A stretch of DNA of 64,000 nt from IMG/VR virus record IMGVR_UViG_3300020460_000012; one strand, written 5' to 3'. Positions 35,757 through 44,901 of the stretch are shown here, piece after piece. The DNA is from a virus. Its lineage: Duplodnaviria > Caudoviricetes. Every line of letters begins with the position of its first letter. The stretch's first letter is position 1. The notes beneath the pieces are model-generated. The model made no database searches. It was not told the DNA's origin and saw only the letters and a list, made by a program, of their open reading frames with translations. The position numbers were made by a program, and so were the translations under genes.

Positions 35757-37063
35757 TTTTTCTTCTTTAAACGTCTTCTAAGTTTATCTATATCATCTGC
35801 CGCGTGATCTGGATTATCTTTATCCAATGAATAGTATCCAGGTCCTTTTAAATTTTTTAATGCCTTCTTTATTCCTTCTAAAATATCTTCATCTGTAACA
35901 GTAAAGTATTTTTTATTTCTTGTTTTTACTTTTTGACCACTTAATTGTTTAAGTATAAAGCTTAGTTTTTCTACATCAGTTTCTTGACTTGCAAATTTTT
36001 CAATTTCTCTTTGTAAGTGTGCTATTAATGCTGATCTGTCTAAAACAAGATCACCTTCGTTTGCGTTTTCCTCTACTTGTACACGTATTCCTAAATTTTT
36101 AAATAAATTCTGAGCACCTTGAAAAGTCTTTAATGCTTTTTGCATAAGCTCTTGTTCATCTTCTGCTCTAGTATCATAAAAATTAATAAATTTTGTTGCT
36201 TCTTTAGGACCAATAAAAATTTTGCCTCCTGAACTTGCTGTCATATCACCTGTATCTTTATAACTTAGTGGCCAAGGATTCTGATCTTTTCTTGCACTTA
36301 TATTTGTTAAAACATCTATCTTAGGTCTTTGTTGTGCTACTTTAAGTTCTGCAATATCTTCTTGGTTTTTTGCAAGTTTAGTTGCTGTTGCATACATTAC
36401 AGCATCAGCATCTTTTCCGTAACGCTTTTTAAAACTACTTTTTGTTTTTTTCATACCCTTTACAATACGTTCTTTTTCTTTTTCTTCACCTTTTGTAAGT
36501 TCTCGTTCTGTAATTCCCATTCCTTTGCGTACTGCATCATATAAAGCATTGGCTAATTTTTGATCTATTACACCTTGTTTGAAAGAATCAAAATCGTCTG
36601 ACATTGCCGCGGCTCTCATTTTACTAGCACTCATTCCTTCTGCACCGTCAGCGTCAGGATCACGTTCTCCAGCACTTACAACTTGTATATTTTTAAAATT
36701 ATACTCCTTGCCATTATATTTTGTAATTAATTCTTTGAAATCATCTACTCTGTCACTGCCAGCTACATAAGTTATACTGGTATAACCTAAAGACTCCAAT
36801 TTTTGTAATGCTTTTATAATAGTATTAACACTACTATCACCTACTGTAACATTGGGAAAAAATTGCTTTGCAAATTTAAGCTTTGTTTGAAAATCTAAAG
36901 GGTCAGTTTTTGGTTTTTGTGTTTGGGTTATAAACAGAAAAGGATCACCTTGCTGGGAAGCTACAACGTCAACTAACTTTTTGTGACCTATAGTGGGAGG
37001 ATTCATTCTCCCAAATGCTAGTGTTGCCGCCTTTTCGGCTTCATATAATTCCCTGACCAGCAT
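35753..37063 (-). CDS. Cytidylyltransferase-like (HxGH) nucleotidyltransferase with C-terminal modules
   Basis: FGRMNPPTIGH, AGSDR and MSASKMR motifs; N-terminal MLVRELYE. Confidence 0.85.
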   Translation of the reverse strand: MLVRELYEAEKAATLAFGRMNPPTIGHKKLVDVVASQQGDPFLFITQTQKPKTDPLDFQTKLKFAKQFFPNVTVGDSSVNTIIKALQKLESLGYTSITYVAGSDRVDDFKELITKYNGKEYNFKNIQVVSAGERDPDADGAEGMSASKMRAAAMSDDFDSFKQGVIDQKLANALYDAVRKGMGITERELTKGEEKEKERIVKGMKKTKSSFKKRYGKDADAVMYATATKLAKNQEDIAELKVAQQRPKIDVLTNISARKDQNPWPLSYKDTGDMTASSGGKIFIGPKEATKFINFYDTRAEDEQELMQKALKTFQGAQNLFKNLGIRVQVEENANEGDLVLDRSALIAHLQREIEKFASQETDVEKLSFILKQLSGQKVKTRNKKYFTVTDEDILEGIKKALKNLKGPGYYSLDKDNPDHAADDIDKLRRRLKKKK

Positions 37064-37393
37064 TTAGTATGCTCCAGTTTCAATCTGTTTCATTTCTTCA
37101 CCAAAAATTTTGTTTATGGCTTCGTCACGATCTTGCAGTTTAAATATTTTATCTCTACTGCCTAATTTAAACTTTTCGCAGTATTTGTCCATAGCTTCAT
37201 CTACAATAGGACCTAATACTTGCTGTGGTACAATACTCTTTTGCCCATCATGCATATCTTTCATTTTCATAATACATGGATACATTCTTTTACGGTAAAA
37301 CATAGGGTCGTTACGCATGAAAATAGATAGATCATCTACAACGTCATAAGGTAAATTATCAGTATGTGGTGTTGCGAATTCATTTATTTTCAT
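37064..37393 (-). CDS. Hypothetical protein, putative head cargo
   Basis: N-terminal MKINE. Confidence 0.65.
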   Translation of the reverse strand: MKINEFATPHTDNLPYDVVDDLSIFMRNDPMFYRKRMYPCIMKMKDMHDGQKSIVPQQVLGPIVDEAMDKYCEKFKLGSRDKIFKLQDRDEAINKIFGEEMKQIETGAY

Positions 37394-37410
37394 TTTTTCT
37401 CTCTAACTTC

Positions 37411-37584
37411 CTAATATCGAGGTATACTTGCTTTAGCCTGTAAATCATTGCAACGATTTTCCATACCTTGTAGTTGCATTTTTAATTTACTAATTTCTTC
37501 TTTGAGCTTTGTAATTTCTATGTCTTTTGCTCTCACTTCTTCTAATCCTCTATAGCCGTACTCTGTATAACCACCATCTACCAT
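37411..37584 (-). CDS. 57-aa coiled-coil protein (not in ORF track)
   Basis: MVDGGYTEYGYRGLEEVRAKDIEITKLKEE...; fills the gap and overlaps the upstream stop. Confidence 0.55.
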   Translation of the reverse strand: MVDGGYTEYGYRGLEEVRAKDIEITKLKEEISKLKMQLQGMENRCNDLQAKASIPRY

Positions 37585-38144
37585 TTACGGCAACTCCAAT
37601 ACCTCGCTTTTGTTCTTGGTCCTGGATTGTCGCAATTATGTCTAGCTCTAAAACTCCTACGTCTTGCAGGGTTAGATTTTTTAATTTTCATGTTTGGGTC
37701 ACCAAAGTTTACTTTTTTGATATTTTTTGTTTTGGGGTCTCTTACATAAACTTTAAACTTTTTGACATCCCCACGGGTTGGCTTTCCCAATTTTACTTTA
37801 CGCCCCCTGTACTCTGCTTCATCTAAATCGTCATCTTCGTTAAACCACATTACTCCATATTCTTCGTAAAAGTCATCACCGTCATATGTTTCTTCATCGA
37901 GGTCGTCTTCTAAATCAGTGCTTATTTCAATATCAAAATCTTCATGCCCTTGTTCAAACATATAGTTAGCTAAACGATTTGCATATTCTGTAGCTTCGTC
38001 TTCTGAAAGTAATCTAGCCAAAGGTATTTCAATAACTGTTGCACCCTGTTCTGATTCGTATACTTCGCTACTAGGAAAAATTGATTCATCTAATTTAGTT
38101 AGTGATTCATGTTTTTCCATTACTACTCTTACAAAATTTTCCAT
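37578..38144 (-). CDS. Acidic N-terminus plus basic C-terminal module (DUF6321-like)
   Basis: LDEAEYRGRKV junction, KVNFGDPNM and ARHNCD..YWSC. Confidence 0.7.
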   Translation of the reverse strand: MENFVRVVMEKHESLTKLDESIFPSSEVYESEQGATVIEIPLARLLSEDEATEYANRLANYMFEQGHEDFDIEISTDLEDDLDEETYDGDDFYEEYGVMWFNEDDDLDEAEYRGRKVKLGKPTRGDVKKFKVYVRDPKTKNIKKVNFGDPNMKIKKSNPARRRSFRARHNCDNPGPRTKARYWSCRKW

Positions 38145-38154
38145 TTTTAATTCC

Positions 38155-38496
38155 TCAATGATTCATTACAATACTGTTTATAGTGCCATCCGTATAAGAC
38201 ACATGGGCTCTAAGCCAAATATAGTTTCCAGTAAAATTGTTTATAGTTGAGCCAGTATCATTAGATAATACAACACTATCTACATGAAACCAATCAGCGG
38301 TGCCGGGTGTTGTTGCAAGTGTTGCTTCTACTTTTAAGGTTCCTGTAAACCCAGTATAGTTGTATTGTACAGTATGAAGGCCATCACTGCGGCCGTAGTA
38401 CCCGTCACCTTTAAATTGTTCGCCTGTTATAAAGGTTTGTGTACTATCGCCTGGATGCGTATTTGCTGATAAAATTATTTCACTATTACTGCTCAT
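38155..38496 (-). CDS. Hypothetical (virion-associated?) beta-rich protein
   Basis: GDGYYG..GLHTVQY; preceded by GATAAATA; probable start MSSNSE. Confidence 0.6.
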   Translation of the reverse strand: MSSNSEIILSANTHPGDSTQTFITGEQFKGDGYYGRSDGLHTVQYNYTGFTGTLKVEATLATTPGTADWFHVDSVVLSNDTGSTINNFTGNYIWLRAHVSYTDGTINSIVMNH

Positions 38497-38500
38497 ATAA

Positions 38501-39199
38501 CTATTTATCAATAGTTGGAGGCATGTACACTAAATTGTATGTGCCTCTTATAGCGTGTCCTACTAACATTTGCACAATAGATAATACTTTCTCGTCTCTT
38601 ACATGAAAGTAAAAACCACCCAAATTTAAATTATCATCTATTGATTGTAGAGCTTTATCACCTATCCTTGATTTATCTCTATTTGCACGTAGCCAATTAG
38701 CAAAATCAGGAGCAACTTTTTCGTCTTTAAATATTACTCTGATAGGAAATTCCGTCTTAGTGTTTACAATAATATTATCTTCTTTGAGGATATGTCCTAC
38801 TGCTGGAGCAGGTCGCCAAATTCCGTGTATAGAATTTTCTAATTTGTCTATTAATTTGTATAAAAGTGTGTCATTGTTTGTATAAACAGAAATACTAGCT
38901 CCAGTTTCTACTCTTATTTTATACTCTTTTTCATCTTTTAATAGCAAATATAAATTTTTTGCACCTAAATAATCATCCATAGGTACTTCACGTTCTGTTC
39001 TAAAAACTTTTTGTACTAATGGTTGTCCATTACGGTAATTGCTTGCAAAAGAGTCTAACTGTTCTCTTGCAAAATCTAAAGATTTACTTTTCTGATTTTC
39101 TGATCTAAATATTATGTTGAGTTGATTTTTAAGCTCGACTTTAAATAAGTATTGTTTAAAAAATAACTTCTTTGTCTCATACTGTTTCAACGATTTCAT
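38501..39199 (-). CDS. Hypothetical protein
   Basis: 232-aa ORF overlapping the clpA end. Confidence 0.7.
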   Translation of the reverse strand: MKSLKQYETKKLFFKQYLFKVELKNQLNIIFRSENQKSKSLDFAREQLDSFASNYRNGQPLVQKVFRTEREVPMDDYLGAKNLYLLLKDEKEYKIRVETGASISVYTNNDTLLYKLIDKLENSIHGIWRPAPAVGHILKEDNIIVNTKTEFPIRVIFKDEKVAPDFANWLRANRDKSRIGDKALQSIDDNLNLGGFYFHVRDEKVLSIVQMLVGHAIRGTYNLVYMPPTIDK

Positions 39200-41423
39200 C
39201 TTTTACACAATCCAATTTAATCTCTTTATCTCTATAATCAATAGTTAAAGAGCCACCATTTTTAAGATCACCAAATAACATCTCTCTTGCAAGTTTACGT
39301 TTTATATCTTGATCAATTACTCTTTGTAAAGGTCTTGCACCCATTTTAGGATCAAATCCTTTTTCGACCAAGTAATCTAATGTGTCGTCAGTGATAGTAA
39401 TTGCAATATCTTTTTCAATAACCATTTGTTTAAGTTCCAGTAGAAACTTACCTACTATTTTCATCATTACTTCTTTGCTTAATTTAGCAAAAGTAATCAC
39501 ACCATCTAATCTATTTCTAAATTCAGGAGCAAAGTAACGTTTTAAGTCGGTATCTTCATACTCTTGTTCTAATGTTTTGGTAAACCCAATAGTGTTTTGT
39601 TCGGCTTTTTCTGATCCTAAATTTGTTGTTAGTATTAAAGTACAATTTCTAGCATCAGCTACTTTACCATTAGAGCCTGTAACTTTACCGTTGTCCATAA
39701 GTTGCAGTAAAATCGTACTTACATCAGGGTGAGCCTTTTCAATTTCATCTAGCAATAAAACACAATTAGGAAATTCCTGTAACTTAGTAATAAGCAATCC
39801 ATTATTTTCTTCATATCCAACATATCCTGGAGGAGAACCAATTAGTTTTGCTACACTATGTCTTTCCTGATACTCACTCATGTCAAATCTAACAAGTTTG
39901 ACTCCTAATCCTTTTGCAAGTTGTTTAGCAGTTTCAGTTTTACCTGTACCAGTAGGACCCATAAACACAAAAGAACCTATGGGCTTATCGTTTGCTTTAA
40001 GTCCTGCTTGACTTACTAGCACTTTGTCTACAATACTTTCTATTGCTTCATCTTGACCATATACAGAACCTTTAATATTCTTTTCTAGATTTGCTAAACT
40101 TTCAGTTTCTTTTTCTGCAATTCTTTCTGTAGGCATATCAACTATTTTTGCAAGCTCAAACTCTATTTGCTCTGCGCCTACTACTTTTTCTTGTTCTGCA
40201 ATATCGTTTACTTTGAATCTAGAGCATGCAATATCAATTAAGTCTATTGCTTTATCAGGAAGTTTTTTATCTGACTGATATTTTATACTTAATTTAATAG
40301 CAGTATCTATTGCTTCTTCTGTAATTGTTGTCTCGTGAAACTTTTCATAATATTTTTTAATACCAACTAAAATATCTTTGGTAGTTTCTTTTGTAGGTTC
40401 TCCTATAGTTACTCTTTGAAACCTACGCATTAATGCACGATCTGACTCGAAGTACTTTCTATATTCTTCCCACGTGGTTGATGCAACCACTTTTAAATCA
40501 CCTTTTGTCAAAGCAGGTTTTAACATATTTGCTAGATCATTAGAGTTATTACCGCCGCCTGTGCCTGCACCATTCATCATATGTGCTTCGTCGATAAACA
40601 TTATAGTCTTGCCTTGCTTGATTAGTGCAGATAAAACTAATTTAAACCTTTCTTCAAAGTCGCCTCTATACTTAGACCCTGCTAGCATTGCGCCTATATC
40701 TAAATTATACACCTTGTATTCTTTAAGAAAAGAAGGAACTTTGTCATTTTCTATATTATATGCCAAACCTTCTGCAATAGCTGTTTTACCAACACCTGGA
40801 TCCCCTACCATTAGGACATTATTTTTTTGCCTGCGTCCTAATGCAAGTGCTAAACTTTCTAGTTCATTTCCACGTCCTATAATTGGATCTATTTTTTCTC
40901 TTTTAACCTGATCATTTAGATTTGTTGTAAAGGCTCTTAAAGCCCTTTTAGCTTCTCCACTTACTTCTTCTTCATCGTAAAGATCATGTGCAATTTCTGC
41001 ATCAAGGAATTCTGCAAATCCTGGTTTTGTTACTCCGCCTTTTTCTAAATAATATACTGAAACTGATTTCTTCTCATTCAGCATACTTAATACTACATCT
41101 GTAAGATCAATAGTATTTCTACCAGCAAATAATACTTGTGTAAATGCCCTATTCAATACTCTTTCCACAGTATGGGTTTTTTTTGGTTTAAATTTTTCGT
41201 TATCAGTAATAATGTCCTGCATATTATTTTTTAAATGATGCTCTAAATTTCCTTTTATGTACTCAATATCTGCACCAAACATAGTAATAATATTACAGAA
41301 CTTTTCTTCGCAAAAAATTGCATAAAGTAAATGTTCTAATGTAACATATTCATGCTGAAGCTTTTTGGCATCATTAATTGCTTTATCAAAAACTAACTGT
41401 AACTCTTTAGACGGTTCTACCAT
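39177..41423 (-). CDS. clpA: ATP-dependent Clp protease ATP-binding subunit (ClpA-like)
   Basis: Clp N-domain, two AAA modules (GDPGVGKT, GPTGTGKT), RFDMSEY and GARPL; no ClpB middle domain. Confidence 0.92.
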   Translation of the reverse strand: MVEPSKELQLVFDKAINDAKKLQHEYVTLEHLLYAIFCEEKFCNIITMFGADIEYIKGNLEHHLKNNMQDIITDNEKFKPKKTHTVERVLNRAFTQVLFAGRNTIDLTDVVLSMLNEKKSVSVYYLEKGGVTKPGFAEFLDAEIAHDLYDEEEVSGEAKRALRAFTTNLNDQVKREKIDPIIGRGNELESLALALGRRQKNNVLMVGDPGVGKTAIAEGLAYNIENDKVPSFLKEYKVYNLDIGAMLAGSKYRGDFEERFKLVLSALIKQGKTIMFIDEAHMMNGAGTGGGNNSNDLANMLKPALTKGDLKVVASTTWEEYRKYFESDRALMRRFQRVTIGEPTKETTKDILVGIKKYYEKFHETTITEEAIDTAIKLSIKYQSDKKLPDKAIDLIDIACSRFKVNDIAEQEKVVGAEQIEFELAKIVDMPTERIAEKETESLANLEKNIKGSVYGQDEAIESIVDKVLVSQAGLKANDKPIGSFVFMGPTGTGKTETAKQLAKGLGVKLVRFDMSEYQERHSVAKLIGSPPGYVGYEENNGLLITKLQEFPNCVLLLDEIEKAHPDVSTILLQLMDNGKVTGSNGKVADARNCTLILTTNLGSEKAEQNTIGFTKTLEQEYEDTDLKRYFAPEFRNRLDGVITFAKLSKEVMMKIVGKFLLELKQMVIEKDIAITITDDTLDYLVEKGFDPKMGARPLQRVIDQDIKRKLAREMLFGDLKNGGSLTIDYRDKEIKLDCVKDEIVETV

Positions 41424-41424
41424 A

Positions 41425-42291
41425 CTATTTTATCTCTTCTTTTAAATTTCTAATTTTATTTAACAAATTCTCATCTGCTATTTTAGGTGTTTCGACATCA
41501 ATAATAACGTGTATGTTACCACGTTGTTTTGAATGTATGTCAGTTATTCCATAACCTGGAATACTAAATCTTTGGCCTGGATTTGTGCCTGGTGGTATTG
41601 TTAATTTTACTTGCCTATTGTCTAATGTGTTTACTATTATAGCACATCCTAGCAATAAGTCAAATAGATTTATTACTTTTCTTGTAATTAAATCGTTATT
41701 TTTTCGCTCCCAACCTTGAACTGGACTAACTTGAATAACAACATGCAGATTTCCCCTCCTTAATTCCTTATGTCTATCGTCACCGAGCCCTTGATATTGG
41801 ATAGTATCTCCGTCTTTGGCTCCAGGCGGAATATCTATATTTAATGTTTCCGTTCTACCTGAACCAAGTTGTATTTGAACAACTAAATTTTTACCATTTA
41901 CAACATCATGTAAATCAATATTTGCAACAATACGCATGTCTTGATTTCTTGGAGGTTGTCTACGCATATTTGCAAAAGGATGTCCGCCTTGAAACATGCC
42001 GTCAAATGGAGTGCCTGCAAATGGATTCCCATTACTTAAATCGTCTGCATTAAAATGGAAATTAAAACCTTGTGGACGTTGTTGCTGGGGATCAGTAGTA
42101 CCGTATTGGTCGTACATTTGACGCTTGCTTGGATCTTTTAATGTTGCATAAGCTTCATTAACTTTTTTGAATTGCTCTTCGTCACCTCCCCTATCAGGGT
42201 GGTGTTGCATGCTTTGTTTTTTGTAAGCTTTTTTTAATTCCGCGTCAGAAGCTTGCTTACTTACACCAAGTATATCATAAAAGTCACTCAT
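41425..42291 (-). CDS. dnaJ: DnaJ/CbpA-type co-chaperone (no zinc finger)
   Basis: DFYDILGV..HHPDRGG J-domain, G/F region and C-terminal domain. Confidence 0.9.
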   Translation of the reverse strand: MSDFYDILGVSKQASDAELKKAYKKQSMQHHPDRGGDEEQFKKVNEAYATLKDPSKRQMYDQYGTTDPQQQRPQGFNFHFNADDLSNGNPFAGTPFDGMFQGGHPFANMRRQPPRNQDMRIVANIDLHDVVNGKNLVVQIQLGSGRTETLNIDIPPGAKDGDTIQYQGLGDDRHKELRRGNLHVVIQVSPVQGWERKNNDLITRKVINLFDLLLGCAIIVNTLDNRQVKLTIPPGTNPGQRFSIPGYGITDIHSKQRGNIHVIIDVETPKIADENLLNKIRNLKEEIK

Positions 42292-42328
42292 ACTACTACT
42301 TATTTGTAGTAGTATTAGTGTTTACTAG

Positions 42329-42703
42329 TCACGATTCTTTATTATGATTTGTAGAAGTTGAATTTACATATAATCCAAACCAAGCCGCACCTGCACCTAC
42401 AACAACACTTACAAGTCCTGCTTGTTGTGTGTTAGGATCAGGTAGTGCCATGAACCACATAGTAACTGCATAAAGTAGATAGATGTACATGCTTATGAAC
42501 ACTCTTGGAAATATTCTCCAACGACTAAAGTATTCAGGTGCTATCCACAACCATCCATCTTTTGATACAGGTTTTGTTTTCCACCATCCGTCTGAATCGG
42601 CAGGAGCAGGAGCATCTGCTTCTAACTCTGCGATTCTATCACGCATTGCATCATAATCGGCCCTGCTTACATTTACTGTATCTTTACTAGTTCCTGTTGC
42701 CAT
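42329..42703 (-). CDS. Holin-like two-TM protein
   Basis: Two TM helices at the end of the lysis cassette. Confidence 0.5.
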   Translation of the reverse strand: MATGTSKDTVNVSRADYDAMRDRIAELEADAPAPADSDGWWKTKPVSKDGWLWIAPEYFSRWRIFPRVFISMYIYLLYAVTMWFMALPDPNTQQAGLVSVVVGAGAAWFGLYVNSTSTNHNKES

Positions 42704-43122
42704 TACTTCTTCCCTCCGTTTTTAATTTTGTTAATTTCTTGTGCGTTTTCATGTATTTTATTTTCGTTATGCTCTGGTTTTGTATCAAATATAACCTTTT
42801 CTAGTTTAAGGAAAGGTATACGCTCATTAGGAACATACCTCCATACATAATCTCCATCAAATTCACCCGAAGTTTTCGTAACACCGAATACTGTTTGGGT
42901 AATACCAATCTTTACAATTAATGCACGTTCGCCGTCGAGTATAACTTTATCACCTTCTTGGAATTGTTTGTTCATACTAAAAGCTAAACCTTTAGCAATC
43001 TTCCCTGCAAAATCTTTAAACCACAAGGTAATTACCACCATTATAAGTACACTTATAAACGGCATTATTAATAAAGTTATATCATTTGCTAGTGTTGCTA
43101 CGTCCATTATTTCATTTTCCAT
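42703..43122 (-). CDS. MscS-like membrane protein
   Basis: TM helix followed by FQEGDKVILDG..IVKIGITQT, resembling the MscS beta domain. Confidence 0.5.
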   Translation of the reverse strand: MENEIMDVATLANDITLLIMPFISVLIMVVITLWFKDFAGKIAKGLAFSMNKQFQEGDKVILDGERALIVKIGITQTVFGVTKTSGEFDGDYVWRYVPNERIPFLKLEKVIFDTKPEHNENKIHENAQEINKIKNGGKK

Positions 43123-43396
43123 CGCCCTTACCTTTCTGTAACCTTCTGATTTCTAACTCAAGAAAATTAATTCTTTCTTCCAGTTCATCAGTTCGCTTCG
43201 CTACATTAGGATACTTTGTCCTCCATGCTATATCCTCCTTATTGAGAATATCAATGCCATACCGATCGGTTGCCCAAACAGCTATAGCTTCGTATTTTTT
43301 GTAACACCAAACGCCTGCTTTAGTATCTTTGAACCACCTGGTAGTCGCCGCTCCGAGCAGACTGCCTGCAATACTTGATACTATCCATAACCACAT
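43112..43396 (-). CDS. Membrane-anchored coiled-coil protein
   Basis: N-terminal hydrophobic segment; TATAAATA at 43420-43427 upstream. Confidence 0.6.
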   Translation of the reverse strand: MWLWIVSSIAGSLLGAATTRWFKDTKAGVWCYKKYEAIAVWATDRYGIDILNKEDIAWRTKYPNVAKRTDELEERINFLELEIRRLQKGKGDGK

Positions 43397-43441
43397 TCGG
43401 TACTCCTGTTAGTTATATGTATTTATAACTATTTGGAGGTA

Positions 43442-43900
43442 TTATTTGAAGGGATTTAATTTATCTAGCACAGATTCGCTATTGTTATTCTTTTGTTGCT
43501 GTTCATTAATTTCATCTTGTGTAGATTCAATTCTTTTATTAGCACTATCTAATGCTTCACTAGATTTTTCATAATATTGTTTGTATGCCGCAATTATTGT
43601 TTGCTGTTGTTGCACTAAAGCTCTAATAGCACTAAAATTTGTACTTAGGTTTTCGTAGCCTTGGCCAGATAATCCAAATATTGCTAAAGGTTGCCCTGAA
43701 GCTTTTAGATCTGCAATGACTTCTTCTAGGTTATCTTCGGTTACAATTATCCATTTTACCTCTTTCATTGTAACAGTATCTACAGGTGGTACTATTAATG
43801 AGGGTTTTTCAATAGGTTTTGTGCTTACAGTAATGCTAGGTGGTACAGATGCACAGCTAGTCAGTAGTAGTAGGACCAGGCCAGAGCCAAGGACATTCAT
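43442..43900 (-). CDS. o-spanin-like lipoprotein
   Basis: Lipobox LLTSC and Pro-rich N-terminus; overlaps the i-spanin end. Confidence 0.7.
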   Translation of the reverse strand: MNVLGSGLVLLLLTSCASVPPSITVSTKPIEKPSLIVPPVDTVTMKEVKWIIVTEDNLEEVIADLKASGQPLAIFGLSGQGYENLSTNFSAIRALVQQQQTIIAAYKQYYEKSSEALDSANKRIESTQDEINEQQQKNNNSESVLDKLNPFK

Positions 43901-44321
43901 TATTGAACGCTTTTCCACTTTTCGCCTCCTTTTCTTTATCGGTTAACGGTGCGCCACTTAATATTTCAAAACATCTTCCAGCATTGACTGTCCCTCTGTT
44001 AATCAATCTTGTGATACTTTTTGGTCTTTCTGCGGCTAATGAGTTTAAATCATGTTCAGCTAACTTTTGAGATAACACATTGTTTTGGGCTCTTGCGGCT
44101 CTAAATTCAGAATTTACTTCTTCTAAGTTTTTTTGCAAAGCTTCGTAGCTTTCTTTTTGTACTCTTAAAGCTTCTTCATTTTGTGCTACAGCAATTTGTA
44201 ATTTTTCGGCATTTAGTCTGTGTATCTCGGCAGTTTTTTGTAAATTGGTTACATAGGTGTAGGCTCCTCCTGCTCCTGCGAGCAACATCAGGATAAGCAC
44301 TACTTTAATCGATCCGAACAT
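43857..44321 (-). CDS. i-spanin-like protein
   Basis: N-terminal TM plus long coiled coil and C-terminal Cys pair, directly after the endolysin. Confidence 0.7.
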   Translation of the reverse strand: MFGSIKVVLILMLLAGAGGAYTYVTNLQKTAEIHRLNAEKLQIAVAQNEEALRVQKESYEALQKNLEEVNSEFRAARAQNNVLSQKLAEHDLNSLAAERPKSITRLINRGTVNAGRCFEILSGAPLTDKEKEAKSGKAFNNECPWLWPGPTTTD

Positions 44322-44339
44322 ATATTTAATTATCCAAAG

Positions 44340-44852
44340 TTAAATCATACTAACTGCTAATTCGGTTGTTTCTGTATTCCTTCTAGTCCAACCTCTTCCA
44401 AAAGTTTCAAAAGTTTTTAATTTTTCATAATAACTTTGTCTATTATCTTGGAAAGTTTTAATAGCACCTTCTAAACCTACTTCATCAACGTAATTTGCTA
44501 CAGCTCTAAGTGTATTTGGCCCTATTCCGCCATCAACAGTTGTACCAATCATACGTTGTAAGTATTTAGCCGATCTTCCAGTGCCTGCATTAACTCCAAA
44601 ATCAAAAACACATAAATCTAAACCTCTTGGTAGATCATCGCACTTCATTCTATCCCAATAGTTTTTCCTATAAATTGGTGCTACATCTTCTACAGTTAGA
44701 TCTTTCATGTTTTTATTACCGCCCCATTCTTCGTAAACTCTTTTAGTAACTCCTAAATTAGTTTCTCCTCCTGGATCTTTTGGGTGATTTACATATCCGC
44801 CTTCGTGATGTAAAATAGCTTTTAAACATTTGTCATAATTTTCACTTGCCAC
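44340..44852 (-). CDS. Endolysin, glycoside hydrolase family 108 with peptidoglycan-binding domain
   Basis: HEGGYVNHPKDPGGETNLG, VDGGIGPNT and FGRGW..R motifs; GTG start. Confidence 0.93.
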   Translation of the reverse strand: MASENYDKCLKAILHHEGGYVNHPKDPGGETNLGVTKRVYEEWGGNKNMKDLTVEDVAPIYRKNYWDRMKCDDLPRGLDLCVFDFGVNAGTGRSAKYLQRMIGTTVDGGIGPNTLRAVANYVDEVGLEGAIKTFQDNRQSYYEKLKTFETFGRGWTRRNTETTELAVSMI

Positions 44853-44901
44853 TTTTCTTCCTTTCAGTTAGCTTGATATAGGTCGCGGAAAACGCCTAAA
44901 G

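Noticed and set aside
40474-40911. Plus-strand ORFs antisense to real genes (also 6923-7252, 9150-9485, 21324-21866, 34199-34519, 45341-45700 and others)
   Set aside because: They are shadows of well-supported minus-strand genes, with no SD or motifs.
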